This document shows, piece by piece, positions 29,451 to 38,439 of a stretch of DNA of 47,421 nucleotides; position 1 is the stretch's first letter, and every line of letters starts with the position of its first letter. The position numbers and the translations under genes are program-made. The notes under the pieces were generated by a model. That model saw nothing but the letters and a program-made list of their open reading frames with translations. It made no database searches and was not told where the DNA came from. The stretch spans positions 1 to 47,421 of the forward strand of contig SHZF01000035.1 in the NCBI GenBank assembly GCA_009692425.1, in the 5' to 3' direction. Source of the stretch: Myxococcales bacterium. Its GTDB lineage: Bacteria > Myxococcota_A > UBA9042.

Positions 29451-30443
29451 TCAGCGCCACAGTTTGTCTGGGCGCACGCTCATTTCGAGGTAGAGCGCCG
29501 TGTAGCGATTGAAGAAGGGAGCCTGCGGAGTCGAATCGGGGCGCAGCGCGTTCGAGGCGGTCTCGGCACCGAGGCTGACGGTCAGCGCCGGCGCGGCCGT
29601 CCACGCAAGCGCTACGGTGTACAGGGCCGTCACGCGGAGGTTCGGGTCGGAAGGGTCGGGCGGCACCACGTCGCCCGCGTCCGTGTGTGCGGTGGCGAGC
29701 GGCGGCAGCACGTCGTGGACCGCGCCGGCGGACGCGGACAGTGCGAGCGAATCAACCGGTGCCCACCCCAGGCTCAGGGCGTTCTGGAAGCGCCACACTG
29801 GGTTGCGCACGCCCGTGTGGCTGTAGCGGCCGCAGCCTGGGAGGTCGACGGCGCATGCGCTCACCCACGGAGTCGCGGTGCTGGCGGTGGTGTAGCGGTA
29901 CAAGGGGGCCACCGCCCGCGCCGCGACGCCGACCTCGAACGGGCCATGTTCCCACGCCACCTGCAGCCCCAGCGACGGCGCGAACCGCAGCGTGCGGGCG
30001 ATCGAGGCCTTGCTGGTCGGCAGGGCGAATTGGCCATCGAGCCGCACATCGACCCCCAGCGCCTCGCTGTGCCACGGCCGGCCGCCGAACGCGATGGTGG
30101 TGTCGGTCAGCGTCCATTCGCCGCGCGCGGTGGTCCAGTCGGCGTCGGTGATCTCGCGGGCCACGCCGCCACCGGCACGCCCGAACCAGTGCGGGCCCAG
30201 CGCATAGTGCAAGGTGGCGGCGACGGCGCCCACCCAGGTCGGATTCCAGGTCGGTTCGGCGTCCTTGGCAAAGGTGACGGCCGACGCGGAATGGCGCAGG
30301 GCGACGGAAGTGCCGGCGAACGGGCCGGCCGGGACTTCGGCGTGCGCGGTGGCGGGGCACGCGGCGATGGCTGCCAAGCAGAGGCAGCGGGCGGCGCGGA
30401 GGGTGTGAGCGGCGCGGAGGATGTGGGCGGCGGTGCGCAGCAT
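29451..30443 (-). CDS. Hypothetical secreted protein, probable outer-membrane beta-barrel, 23 nt upstream of the metalloprotease gene
   Basis: Signal peptide MLRTAAHILRAAHTLRAARCLCLAAIAACPATAHA. The remainder is Ala/Thr/Gly/Trp-rich with alternating hydrophobic pattern (TWNPTWVGAVAATLHYALG, LGLQVAWEHGPFEVGVAARAV). Start trimmed to ATG 30443. Confidence 0.4.
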   Translation of the reverse strand: MLRTAAHILRAAHTLRAARCLCLAAIAACPATAHAEVPAGPFAGTSVALRHSASAVTFAKDAEPTWNPTWVGAVAATLHYALGPHWFGRAGGGVAREITDADWTTARGEWTLTDTTIAFGGRPWHSEALGVDVRLDGQFALPTSKASIARTLRFAPSLGLQVAWEHGPFEVGVAARAVAPLYRYTTASTATPWVSACAVDLPGCGRYSHTGVRNPVWRFQNALSLGWAPVDSLALSASAGAVHDVLPPLATAHTDAGDVVPPDPSDPNLRVTALYTVALAWTAAPALTVSLGAETASNALRPDSTPQAPFFNRYTALYLEMSVRPDKLWR

Positions 30444-30821
30444 GGGGCGGCGAGAATAGGCCGCAGGCGGCGGGGTGTACAGCGGGGCGGTGCGCCCCTG
30501 ATCCGGCGACAAGGGCGCATCTGCGCTGACATCAAGGCGAAACCGGCGCTTGCAGTACCACGTGTACAGCGTCGCGCCGATGTCTCAGGGGGAACTGGTC
30601 GACCCATTGTACTACCGCAACGGAATCGTCCACGCCGATGTAATCCGCGCTGGCGTCGAGGTCGCGCACGGCCTGGTCGGTCCAGACCAGTTCCAGCGGT
30701 TGCCTTGGTTCAGCGTGCTTCAGGCTGCTCCCTGCCCAAAGCGGTGGATCCGGGCCGCTTGAGCGCAACCGTGCCGTCGTGCACACTCCGGCCCTGCTTG
30801 CCGGAGGCGCCGATGGCCCGA

Positions 30822-32189
30822 ACCCTTGCGATGATCATGGCCGGCGGCAAGGGCACGCGCTTGACGCCCTTGACCTCCTACCGTGCCAAGCCCGCGGTAC
30901 CGTTCGGGGGCCGCTACCGCATCATCGACTTCGTGCTGTCGAATTTCATCAACTCGGGCTACCACCGCATCAAGGTGCTGACCCAGTACATGTCGTCGTC
31001 GCTGATCACGCACCTGAACCGCAATTGGCACCTCGGCGGCGGGCTCGACCAGTACATCGACCCGGTGCCGGCGCAGATGCGGCGCGGCGAGCACTGGTAC
31101 GTCGGCACGGCGGACAGCGTCTACCAGAACCTGAACCTCATCCAGGACGACCACGCCGAGCACGTAGCCGTCTTCGGCGGCGACCACATCTACAAGATCG
31201 CCGTCGACCAGATGGAGGCCTGCCATGCGGAACTCGACGCCGACCTGACCATCGCGGCCTACCCCGCCACGAAGGAAGAAGCGTCGGCGTTTGGCGTCAT
31301 CGAGGTCGACACGACGGGCCGCATCACCGGCTTCCAGGAAAAGCCGAGCCCCGCTGAGGCGCGCACCATCCCCGGCCGGCCCGACACCTGCCTGGTTTCG
31401 ATGGGCAACTACTTTTTCAAGCGCAAGGTTCTCGAAGAACTGCTGATCCGCGACAGCGAAGACCCGACGTCGACCCACGACTTCGGCAAGGACATCATCC
31501 CCCGGATGGTGCGCGAGGGCTTCAAGGTCTTCATCTACGATTTCAGCACGAACCGCGTGCCCGGCGAGTCGGTCGACGCCGAACCGTACTGGCGCGACGT
31601 GGGCACCATCGATTCCTTCTTCGACGCGAATATGGACCTGCGCGCGGTGCTGCCGGCGTTCAACCTCTACAACCGCAAGTGGCCGATCCGCACGGCGATG
31701 TACAACCTGCCGCCGGCGAAGTTCGTGCTCGCCGGCAAGCAGCGCGAGTACGGCCAGGTCATCGACTCCCTGGTGTGCGAAGGGACCATCGTCTCGGGCG
31801 CGGTGCTGCTCAACGTCGTGGCCGGGACAGATTGTTACTTCCATCGTTTCGCGAGCATCGAGAACAGCGTGATGCTCGGGCAGATTCGCGTGGGCCGCTC
31901 GTGCTGGCTGCGCAATGTGCTGGCCGACCACAACGTCAGCATCGCGGACGGCACGACGATCGGCTACCACCCGGACCAGGACCGCCAGCGCTTCCCGTTC
32001 GTGTCGCCACGCGGCATGATCGTGCTGCCGAAGGGGACGCACGTGCCCGCCGAAGGGCCGATCGAGGTGCCCGAAGACATGGTGTTCATGCTCCAGCAGG
32101 ACCCGGCGGTGTCGGACATCTTGAAGGCGCGGCCGGAGTCATTCGTCAGCGTGCAGCGCCACAGCAACGACGCGGTGCGGGCGGTCTAG
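30822..32189 (+). CDS. glgC: Glucose-1-phosphate adenylyltransferase
   Basis: MARTLAMIMAGGKGTRLTPLTSYRAKPAVPFGGRYRIIDFVLSNFINSGYHRIKVLTQY is the canonical GlgC N-terminus. The upstream part of ORF 29304..32189 is antisense to the beta-barrel gene and rejected. Confidence 0.9.
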   Translation, partial: TLAMIMAGGKGTRLTPLTSYRAKPAVPFGGRYRIIDFVLSNFINSGYHRIKVLTQYMSSSLITHLNRNWHLGGGLDQYIDPVPAQMRRGEHWYVGTADSVYQNLNLIQDDHAEHVAVFGGDHIYKIAVDQMEACHAELDADLTIAAYPATKEEASAFGVIEVDTTGRITGFQEKPSPAEARTIPGRPDTCLVSMGNYFFKRKVLEELLIRDSEDPTSTHDFGKDIIPRMVREGFKVFIYDFSTNRVPGESVDAEPYWRDVGTIDSFFDANMDLRAVLPAFNLYNRKWPIRTAMYNLPPAKFVLAGKQREYGQVIDSLVCEGTIVSGAVLLNVVAGTDCYFHRFASIENSVMLGQIRVGRSCWLRNVLADHNVSIADGTTIGYHPDQDRQRFPFVSPRGMIVLPKGTHVPAEGPIEVPEDMVFMLQQDPAVSDILKARPESFVSVQRHSNDAVRAV

Positions 32190-32208
32190 CTGGCGTTCGA
32201 CGGGAGTC

Positions 32209-33702
32209 ATGATGGCAGAACGGCTACGGGTCGCGTTCGCGGCGAGCGAGGTGTCGCCATGGGCCTCTACGGGAGGCCTCGGCGAGGTCGCGGCCGCCCT
32301 GCCCGGTGCCTTGGCGGCCGCCGGCTGCGATATCGCCACGTTCCTGCCGTGCTACCGCTCGCTGCGCGCCAAGGTCTACGAACGCGGGGCCCGTCTGGTC
32401 GATACCGGCATCGGCACCCGCGTTCCAGTCGGCCCCCACTGGTTGGAAGGCCGATTGCTGCGCATCGACGGCGCTCCAGGACCGGCCAGCGCACCGCCCG
32501 TGTATGCCGTTGATTTTCCGCACCTGTTCGACCGCGAAGGCATCTACGGTCATTCCGATGACCCAGCGCGCTTTGCGACGTTCTGCCGCGGCGTGCTCGA
32601 TTGTGCCCCGCGCGCGCTGGGCGGTGCGCTCGACGTGATCCACGCCCACGACTGGCACGCCGCGCTGCTGCCGGTCTACCTGAGCGGTCCCTACGCACAC
32701 CTGCAACCGCACACTGCGAGCGTGCTCACGATCCACAACCTCGGCTACCCCGGGGCGTTTGCTGCCAGCGAACTGCACGTCGCCGGCCTTGGGCCGGAGT
32801 GGCTTCACTTCGAGCGGATGGAGTTCCACGGCTACGTGTCGTTCCTCAAGGGCGGCATCGTCTGCGCTGACGTGGTCACGACGGTGAGCCCACGCTACGC
32901 CGCCGAAATCCAGACGTCGGAGTTCGGCGAACACCTCGACGGTCTGCTGCGGGCCAACTCAGACAAGCTGATCGGCATTCTGAACGGCGTCGACGGCAGC
33001 GTCTGGAATCCCAAGACCGACCCGCTCATCGCCGGGCGCTACGACGCCACCGACCTGACGGGCCGTGCCGAATGCCGCCGCCAGATGCTGGAATTCGCCC
33101 GCATGGACCCGGCCGACCCGCGCCCGGTGTTCGGCATCGTGAGCCGCATCGTGCACCAGAAGGGCCTCGACCTCGTCGCCGAACTGGTGCCGTGGCTCGC
33201 TGCCCGCGGGGTGCGCGTCCTGCTGCTCGGCACGGGCGAAAAGGCGTTGCAGGAGTGGTTCCAGGAGCGCGAGCGCCAGTTCCCCCACCACGTGCGGGTG
33301 CAACTGGAGCACAGCCCACGGCTGGCCCACATCCTCAACGCCGGCGCCGACGCGGTCTTGGTGCCGAGCCGCTACGAGCCGTGTGGGCTGGCCCAGATGT
33401 ATGCGATGCGCTACGGCGCGGTGCCGATCGTGCGTGATGTCGGGGGTTTGCACGACACCGTCGTCCACGCTACGAACGAAACGCTGGCCGCGGGCACGGC
33501 GACCGGCTTCAGCTTTCGCCACGCCGACGCCGGCGGGCTGGCGTGGGCGTGCAACGAAGCGCTCAAGATGTTCTGCACACGGCCGGCGGACTGGGCTCGC
33601 CTCCAGCACAACGGCATGACCCGCGACTTCTCGTGGGACACATCTGCGGCGCGCTACCTTGCGACCTATCGCCACGCCGTGGCCCGCCGGCGCCGCCCGT
33701 GA
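32209..33702 (+). CDS. glgA: Glycogen synthase (ADP-glucose type, GT5)
   Basis: MMAERLRVAFAASEVSPWASTGGLGEVAAALPGALAAAGCDIATFLP...VIHAHDWHAALLPVYL...PSRYEPCGLAQMYAMRYGAVPIVRDVGGLHDTV: GlgA KxGGL-type and E-x7-E motifs. RBS GGGAG upstream. Confidence 0.9.
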   Translation: MMAERLRVAFAASEVSPWASTGGLGEVAAALPGALAAAGCDIATFLPCYRSLRAKVYERGARLVDTGIGTRVPVGPHWLEGRLLRIDGAPGPASAPPVYAVDFPHLFDREGIYGHSDDPARFATFCRGVLDCAPRALGGALDVIHAHDWHAALLPVYLSGPYAHLQPHTASVLTIHNLGYPGAFAASELHVAGLGPEWLHFERMEFHGYVSFLKGGIVCADVVTTVSPRYAAEIQTSEFGEHLDGLLRANSDKLIGILNGVDGSVWNPKTDPLIAGRYDATDLTGRAECRRQMLEFARMDPADPRPVFGIVSRIVHQKGLDLVAELVPWLAARGVRVLLLGTGEKALQEWFQERERQFPHHVRVQLEHSPRLAHILNAGADAVLVPSRYEPCGLAQMYAMRYGAVPIVRDVGGLHDTVVHATNETLAAGTATGFSFRHADAGGLAWACNEALKMFCTRPADWARLQHNGMTRDFSWDTSAARYLATYRHAVARRRRP

Positions 33703-33736
33703 GCGCGTCCTGGGAATCTGAGGTAGGAGGAACGCC

Positions 33737-34804
33737 GTGAACCTGCCCTGCCCGTCGTCGTGGTTGCGCTGGGGCGCTGCCGTCGCGTTGGCCTGCATTC
33801 TGGCGGCGTGCCCGACCGAGACGCCGAGTCCGAAATCGTGGGCGATGACATTCGAGGAGTTGCCCGGCGCCCTTTTCTCCGTGTGGGGCACGTCCGCGGC
33901 CGACGTCTGGTTGGTGGGAGAGACATGGAAAAAGGACGCAGCCGGCAAGGTCGACCCGACCGGCGAGCCGACGGTGCTGCACTACGACGGCAAAGGCTGG
34001 CAGCGGCTGCACCCGGGCGGCTCGGGCACCTTGTGGTGGGTGACCGGCCTGGGCGACGACGTGTGGATGGCGGGGTCGAAGGGACTCATCCTGCGCTACC
34101 GGCGCAGCACCGGCGCATTCGAGAAGCCGGCAACGCCGAGTGGGGACCAGTTGTTCGGCATCTTCCCGCTGGCACCTGACGACGTGTGGGCGGTCGGGGG
34201 CGTGGCGGGCTGCAGCGGCGAGAGCGGCGCCTTGCTGTGGCACTGGGACGGCAAGGCGTGGTCGGTCGAGTCGCGGGTCGACGCCGGCGCCCAGGACAAG
34301 GTCGCGTGCTGGTTCAAAGTGTGGGCGCGCAGCAAGACCGACGCGTTCGTGGTCGGCAACAGCGGCCACGCGGTGCGCTGGGACGGCAAGACGTGGAAGG
34401 CGCTCTCCACCGGCGTCGAGCGCACCCTTTTCACGGTCCACGGCAACGCCACGCTGGCGGTCGCGGTCGGCGGCTTCGGCACGGGCGCGCTGGTGGAGTC
34501 GAGCGGCGCGGCGGCGTTTGTGCCGATCCCCAAGAAGCCCGCACTGCCGCAGCTCAACGGCGTGTGGGTGCCGGCCACGGGCGACGCGTTTGCGGCGGGC
34601 ATCGGCGGTGCCATCTGGCGGCGGCAGGCCGGCACGTGGAAGGAGGTCTCCGAGGCGCCACTCGCCGCGCGCGAATACCACAGCGTCTACGTGGACCCGG
34701 ACGGCGGCGTGTGGGCAGTCGGCGGGCAGATTTCGGCACCTCCCTTCGTCGGCGGGCAGTTGGGCCACTATGGACCGACGCTGCCGACGAAGATCGCGGA
34801 GTAG
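33737..34804 (+). CDS. Lipoprotein with beta-propeller-like repeats (Ycf48/BNR-like), function unknown
   Basis: GTG start with strong AGGAGG RBS. Lipobox AAVALACILAACP. Recurring DVW(L/A)VG / VWAVGG / AFVVGNSG / AFAAGIGGAIW blade-like motifs. Confidence 0.5.
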   Translation: MNLPCPSSWLRWGAAVALACILAACPTETPSPKSWAMTFEELPGALFSVWGTSAADVWLVGETWKKDAAGKVDPTGEPTVLHYDGKGWQRLHPGGSGTLWWVTGLGDDVWMAGSKGLILRYRRSTGAFEKPATPSGDQLFGIFPLAPDDVWAVGGVAGCSGESGALLWHWDGKAWSVESRVDAGAQDKVACWFKVWARSKTDAFVVGNSGHAVRWDGKTWKALSTGVERTLFTVHGNATLAVAVGGFGTGALVESSGAAAFVPIPKKPALPQLNGVWVPATGDAFAAGIGGAIWRRQAGTWKEVSEAPLAAREYHSVYVDPDGGVWAVGGQISAPPFVGGQLGHYGPTLPTKIAE

Positions 34805-34807
34805 CCA

Positions 34808-35302
34808 ATGACGACGGAGCGCCGACCGGCGTGTTCACTGCCAGACTGTCGGTCCATTGCCGGGTTTGCCGTACGCGCGCTCGTCGTGACGGGGTCGGTT
34901 GGCGGGCTGGTCGGCGGATGCGACGCAGCGCCAGCCTTGGCGCCCGCCGCCCTGTTCCCCGTGGCCGCGGCGACTGACTGGCAAGAAGTGCGCAGTTGCC
35001 GCTTTTCGGTCGAGCACGACGGCGTCCACATCCGCGTGGTGGCAGACGCCGTCGCGGCCACGCCATACCTCGCGGCACAGTATCCGCTGCCGGTTGGCAG
35101 CCGGGTGGTCAAGGTCGAGTACGACGACGCGAAGTGCTCCCACCGGGTCGGCTTCACCGCCATGCGCAAAAGCTCGGCAGGCCTGTGGGAGTGGCAGCGC
35201 ACGGATGCCAACGCGGGGGTCCAGGCCATGGATCCCGCGCGCTGCGTTGGCTGCCACAAGGCCGCATGCGTGGCGACCGACTTCGTGTGCACGCATCCCT
35301 AG
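34808..35302 (+). CDS. Small secreted heme-c protein, cytochrome P460 / c'-beta family-like (C-terminal CxxCH)
   Basis: 164 aa with an N-terminal signal/lipobox-like segment (LVVTGSVGGLVGGC) and a single CVGCH heme-binding motif 17 residues from the C-terminus. Size and motif placement are as in cytochrome P460. Family assignment is tentative. Confidence 0.35.
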   Translation: MTTERRPACSLPDCRSIAGFAVRALVVTGSVGGLVGGCDAAPALAPAALFPVAAATDWQEVRSCRFSVEHDGVHIRVVADAVAATPYLAAQYPLPVGSRVVKVEYDDAKCSHRVGFTAMRKSSAGLWEWQRTDANAGVQAMDPARCVGCHKAACVATDFVCTHP

Positions 35303-35338
35303 CCTGGGTTTCCACGCCAAACCTGCACCGGAGCCAAC

Positions 35339-36160
35339 GTGACGCAGCCCGTGTACGCCGAACTCGACAGCCGCCTACCGATTGCCTTGCGCGCTGCCCA
35401 GGTTGCGGGCGCCGTGCTGATGCGCCACTTCGGCCGCGCGGTCGCCATTGAGCTGAAGTCTCCGGTCGAACTCGTCACCATCGCCGATCGCGAGAGTGAG
35501 GCGGTGGTGGTGGCCGAACTGCAAGGCGCGTTCCCGACCGACCGCGTGCTGGCCGAAGAGGCGGACGGCCCCGCAGGTGCCCAGCGCTTGGGTGCCGAGG
35601 TCCACAGCCTGCCGTGGTGCTGGGTGGTCGATCCGCTCGATGGCACGACGAACTTCGCCCACGGCCAGCTCGCGTTCGCGGTCAGCATCGGCCTGTTGCA
35701 TTTCGGCCAGCCGGTGCTCGGCGTCGTCCACGCGCCGGCGCGTCGCGAGGTGTTCGTGGGCGGTGTGGGCATCCCGCCAACGTGCAACGGCAGGCCGATC
35801 CGCGTGTCTGACGTGGCGGACTTGGGGAACGCACTGATTGCCACTGGCTTTCCGTACGACCGGCGCCAACGGCTCGATGAACTCACGCTGTGGTTTCGGC
35901 GGGTGCTGGAGCGCGCCCGCGATTTGCGGCGGGCCGGCGCGGCGAGCATCGACCTGTGCGAGGTCGCGGCGGGGCGCCTCGACGCGTTCTATGAGGTGGG
36001 GCTGCAACCGTGGGACACCGCGGCGGGCCAGGCGATTGTCGAGGCGGCGGGCGGGCGGTTGACGGGGTTTGATGGGGGGCCACACGACGTGTTTGGGCAG
36101 CGCACGCTGGCGTCGAATGGGCGGTTGCATGGGGCGGTGGTGGAGTTGGTGGCGGGGTAG
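35339..36160 (+). CDS. Inositol monophosphatase family protein (SuhB/IMPase-like)
   Basis: TIADRESEAVVVAEL...WVVDPLDGTTNFAHG...: the IMPase metal-binding motifs (D-P-(I/L)-D-(G/S)-(T/S) and WxxDPLDGT). Confidence 0.85.
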   Translation: MTQPVYAELDSRLPIALRAAQVAGAVLMRHFGRAVAIELKSPVELVTIADRESEAVVVAELQGAFPTDRVLAEEADGPAGAQRLGAEVHSLPWCWVVDPLDGTTNFAHGQLAFAVSIGLLHFGQPVLGVVHAPARREVFVGGVGIPPTCNGRPIRVSDVADLGNALIATGFPYDRRQRLDELTLWFRRVLERARDLRRAGAASIDLCEVAAGRLDAFYEVGLQPWDTAAGQAIVEAAGGRLTGFDGGPHDVFGQRTLASNGRLHGAVVELVAG

Positions 36161-36210
36161 GTCATTCGGCGGCGTCCAGCCCTGCTTCCGGGGCATTGCT
36201 GTGGACGCAG

Positions 36211-36231
36211 GCCCGCAGTTCGAACAACTGC
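36211..36231 (+). terminator. Candidate intrinsic terminator hairpin downstream of the IMPase gene
   Basis: ccgcagtt-cgaac-aactgcgg: perfect 8-bp stem with 5-nt loop, 50 nt after the stop, followed by cttgcttc (only a weak U-tract). Confidence 0.35.
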
Positions 36232-36543
36232 GGCTTGCTTCAGTCGCCCGCGGTGACCCGCTCACGCACGGTGCCGGGCAGCGCCACTTGCAGCAGCAAG
36301 CCTGCACCTTTGGCCACATCGGCGCCGGCGATGGTCCGGGTGGCGGCGCGACGGGCAGGTTTGCCGTCGGTTGCATCGACAGCGTGGTATTGGACCTCTG
36401 CCCACGGTTCGGTAGAGCCAACTGGGCCCAGCGCCAGGTCGACCGCAACGGCGTCGGTCGGACACCGGGCCGCCTGGATACGGCATCCGATGAATACTTT
36501 CCACCAGAATGACTTGCGCGTCGCGCGCACCAATGCCACGGAC

Positions 36544-36789
36544 CTAGCCGATGCCGAACACGACGCCGCCTCCGATGTGCCACGGCACATCAGCACCGCC
36601 GATGTCGAGCAAGTGCCCAAGGTTCATCAGGTATTCGACGTCGCCGAACCCGCCGCCGTGGAATCTGTAGCCGTACGTGTTGACGCCCCCTTGGCTGGCA
36701 CCTTTCGGCGCCACGTACAGCTTGCCCGTCAGCGCCGCACCGTAGCCGAACTCAACTCCGACGCCGATGCGCCGATTGCCCGCGCCCAT
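36544..36789 (-). CDS. Possible small glycine-rich protein (82 aa), glycine-zipper-like
   Basis: MGAGNRRIGVGVEFGYGAALTGKLYVAPKGASQGGVNTYGYRFHGGGFGDVEYLMNLGHLLDIGGADVPWHIGGGVVFGIG. ATG lies 2 nt after the aminotransferase stop. No signal peptide. Coding status uncertain. Confidence 0.2.
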   Translation of the reverse strand: MGAGNRRIGVGVEFGYGAALTGKLYVAPKGASQGGVNTYGYRFHGGGFGDVEYLMNLGHLLDIGGADVPWHIGGGVVFGIG

Positions 36790-36791
36790 GT

Positions 36792-38141
36792 TCAGCCCTC
36801 GAACGCCGCGTCCGTGATGTCCAGCCCGCGGTCGATGATCGCGAACCCCTCTAACAGTTGCTCGTCCGTGATGCACAGCGGCGGGTTGCACGTGAACGAC
36901 GACCAGCGCACGAACGTGAACAGGCCCTCGTCCTTGAAGAACTTCGCAAGCTTGCCCATTGCCGGATGGCTCCCGTTGTAGGGAGCGATCGGGTCGCCCT
37001 TGGCGTTGCGCCGCACGTCCATCATGCCGAACAGGCCAATGCAGCGACCCTCGGCAACCGACGGGTGGCGCGCCTGCAGGCGGTCCATCTCCGAACGCAT
37101 CAACCCTTGCAAGCGCGCGGCATTTTCGATCATACCTTCGTCGATCATCACGCGAATCACCGCCTCAGCGGTCGCCATGCCCACCGGGTGCGAGTTGTAG
37201 GTCAGCCCGCCCCAGAACACATTGGTCTGAAAGAAGTCGTGGAGTTCCTTGCGCATTCCCACCGCGCCGAGCGGAAAATACGACGACGTCAGCCCCTTGG
37301 CCATCGTCACGAGGTCGGGCGTGATGCCGAAGTGCTCGTAGGCCATCATCTTGCCCGTGCGGCCCATGCCCGCCATCACTTCGTCGCAGATGAGCAGGAT
37401 GCCGTGCTTGTCGAGCAGCGCGCGCAGCTTCGGGAACCAGCCCGCGGGCGGCACCAGCACGCCGTTTGTGCCGGTCACGGTCTCGACGATCATCGCGGCG
37501 ATGGCCTTCGGGTTTTCGTACTCGATCACCTCCTCAAGATAGCGCAAGTGGTTGTCGCAGCGCTCGGCGTCGGTGGTTCCGAACGAGAACTGGTAGGGCG
37601 TCGGGTCCATCACCCGCACGACGCCCGGTGCGCCCGGCTCTGACGACCAGCGGCGCGGGTCGCCCGTCAGTTGCATGGTCAGGTTCGTGCCGCCGTGGTA
37701 GCTGCGGTAGCGGCTGATGATCTTGTGGCGGCCCGTGTACTGGCGCGCAAGTTTGATGGCGTTCTCGTTGGCCTCAGCGCCGCCCAACGTGAAGAAGAAC
37801 GATTGCATACCCGGCACGACCTCCGCCAACAGGCGGGCCAGGCGGGCGCGCGGCAAGGTCGCCGTCTGGGGGTAGACGAAGATCAGTTCATCGAGCTGCT
37901 TCTTCATCGCCGCGATGACCTTGGGGTGCTGGTGGCCGATCAGCACAGACATCAGCTGGGCGTTGAAGTCGAGGATGCGCTTGCCCTCAGGAGTGTAGAT
38001 GTAGACACCGCCGGCCCGCGCGATCGGCAGAGGATCGACCGCGTTGCCGGCGGACCAGGTGTAGAGCGTGTGCTCCTTGCACAGGCGGATCATCTCGGCG
38101 GTGGACATCTCAGCGGCGGCAGGGGCGGCGGCGTCGGGCAT
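36792..38141 (-). CDS. Class-III (omega-amino acid:pyruvate type) PLP-dependent aminotransferase, 449 aa
   Basis: FFFTLGGAEANENAIKLAR..., IVETVTGTNGVLVPPAGWFPKLRALLDKHGILLICDEVMAGMGRTGKMMAYEH, VTMAKGLTSSYFPLG (PLP-Lys). Start trimmed from the track ORF to the ATG at 38141 (MPDAAAPAAAEMSTAEMIRL), which has GAGG ~10 nt upstream. Confidence 0.85.
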   Translation of the reverse strand: MPDAAAPAAAEMSTAEMIRLCKEHTLYTWSAGNAVDPLPIARAGGVYIYTPEGKRILDFNAQLMSVLIGHQHPKVIAAMKKQLDELIFVYPQTATLPRARLARLLAEVVPGMQSFFFTLGGAEANENAIKLARQYTGRHKIISRYRSYHGGTNLTMQLTGDPRRWSSEPGAPGVVRVMDPTPYQFSFGTTDAERCDNHLRYLEEVIEYENPKAIAAMIVETVTGTNGVLVPPAGWFPKLRALLDKHGILLICDEVMAGMGRTGKMMAYEHFGITPDLVTMAKGLTSSYFPLGAVGMRKELHDFFQTNVFWGGLTYNSHPVGMATAEAVIRVMIDEGMIENAARLQGLMRSEMDRLQARHPSVAEGRCIGLFGMMDVRRNAKGDPIAPYNGSHPAMGKLAKFFKDEGLFTFVRWSSFTCNPPLCITDEQLLEGFAIIDRGLDITDAAFEG

Positions 38142-38233
38142 GGGAGACCTCGGTGCGTAGGGCGGGCGCCGGGTGCAACGACCCGTGCACAGAGCGGGTG
38201 GATAGCACAAGCGGCGGGGCGTCGCGAGGGGAG

Positions 38234-38376
38234 TGCGACACCCCGACTCGCCGCCTTCGGCACATTTCGTCGTTGCCGTCGTCGGTGTGCGGTTCGACCT
38301 AGCCGATGTGCGGATTGATCGACAACACCTCAGAACGGCACCGGAATTCTGCGAACCGGGCAGGTTTGCCGGTGGA
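38234..38376 (+). repeat. Copy C of the ~140-bp intergenic repeat family (upstream of the aminotransferase gene)
   Basis: gactcgccgccttcggcacatttcgtcgttgccgtcgtcggtgtgcgg...cagaacggcaccggaattctgcgaaccgggcaggtttgccggtggaccccggg. The 5' 45 bp are nearly identical to copy B. The 3' part is more diverged. Confidence 0.65.
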
Positions 38377-38439
38377 CCCCGGGATTGCCGAGGTCCAACA
38401 CAGACGGCCTCTGCGACCGCTGTGTGTCGCGATGGCGGT

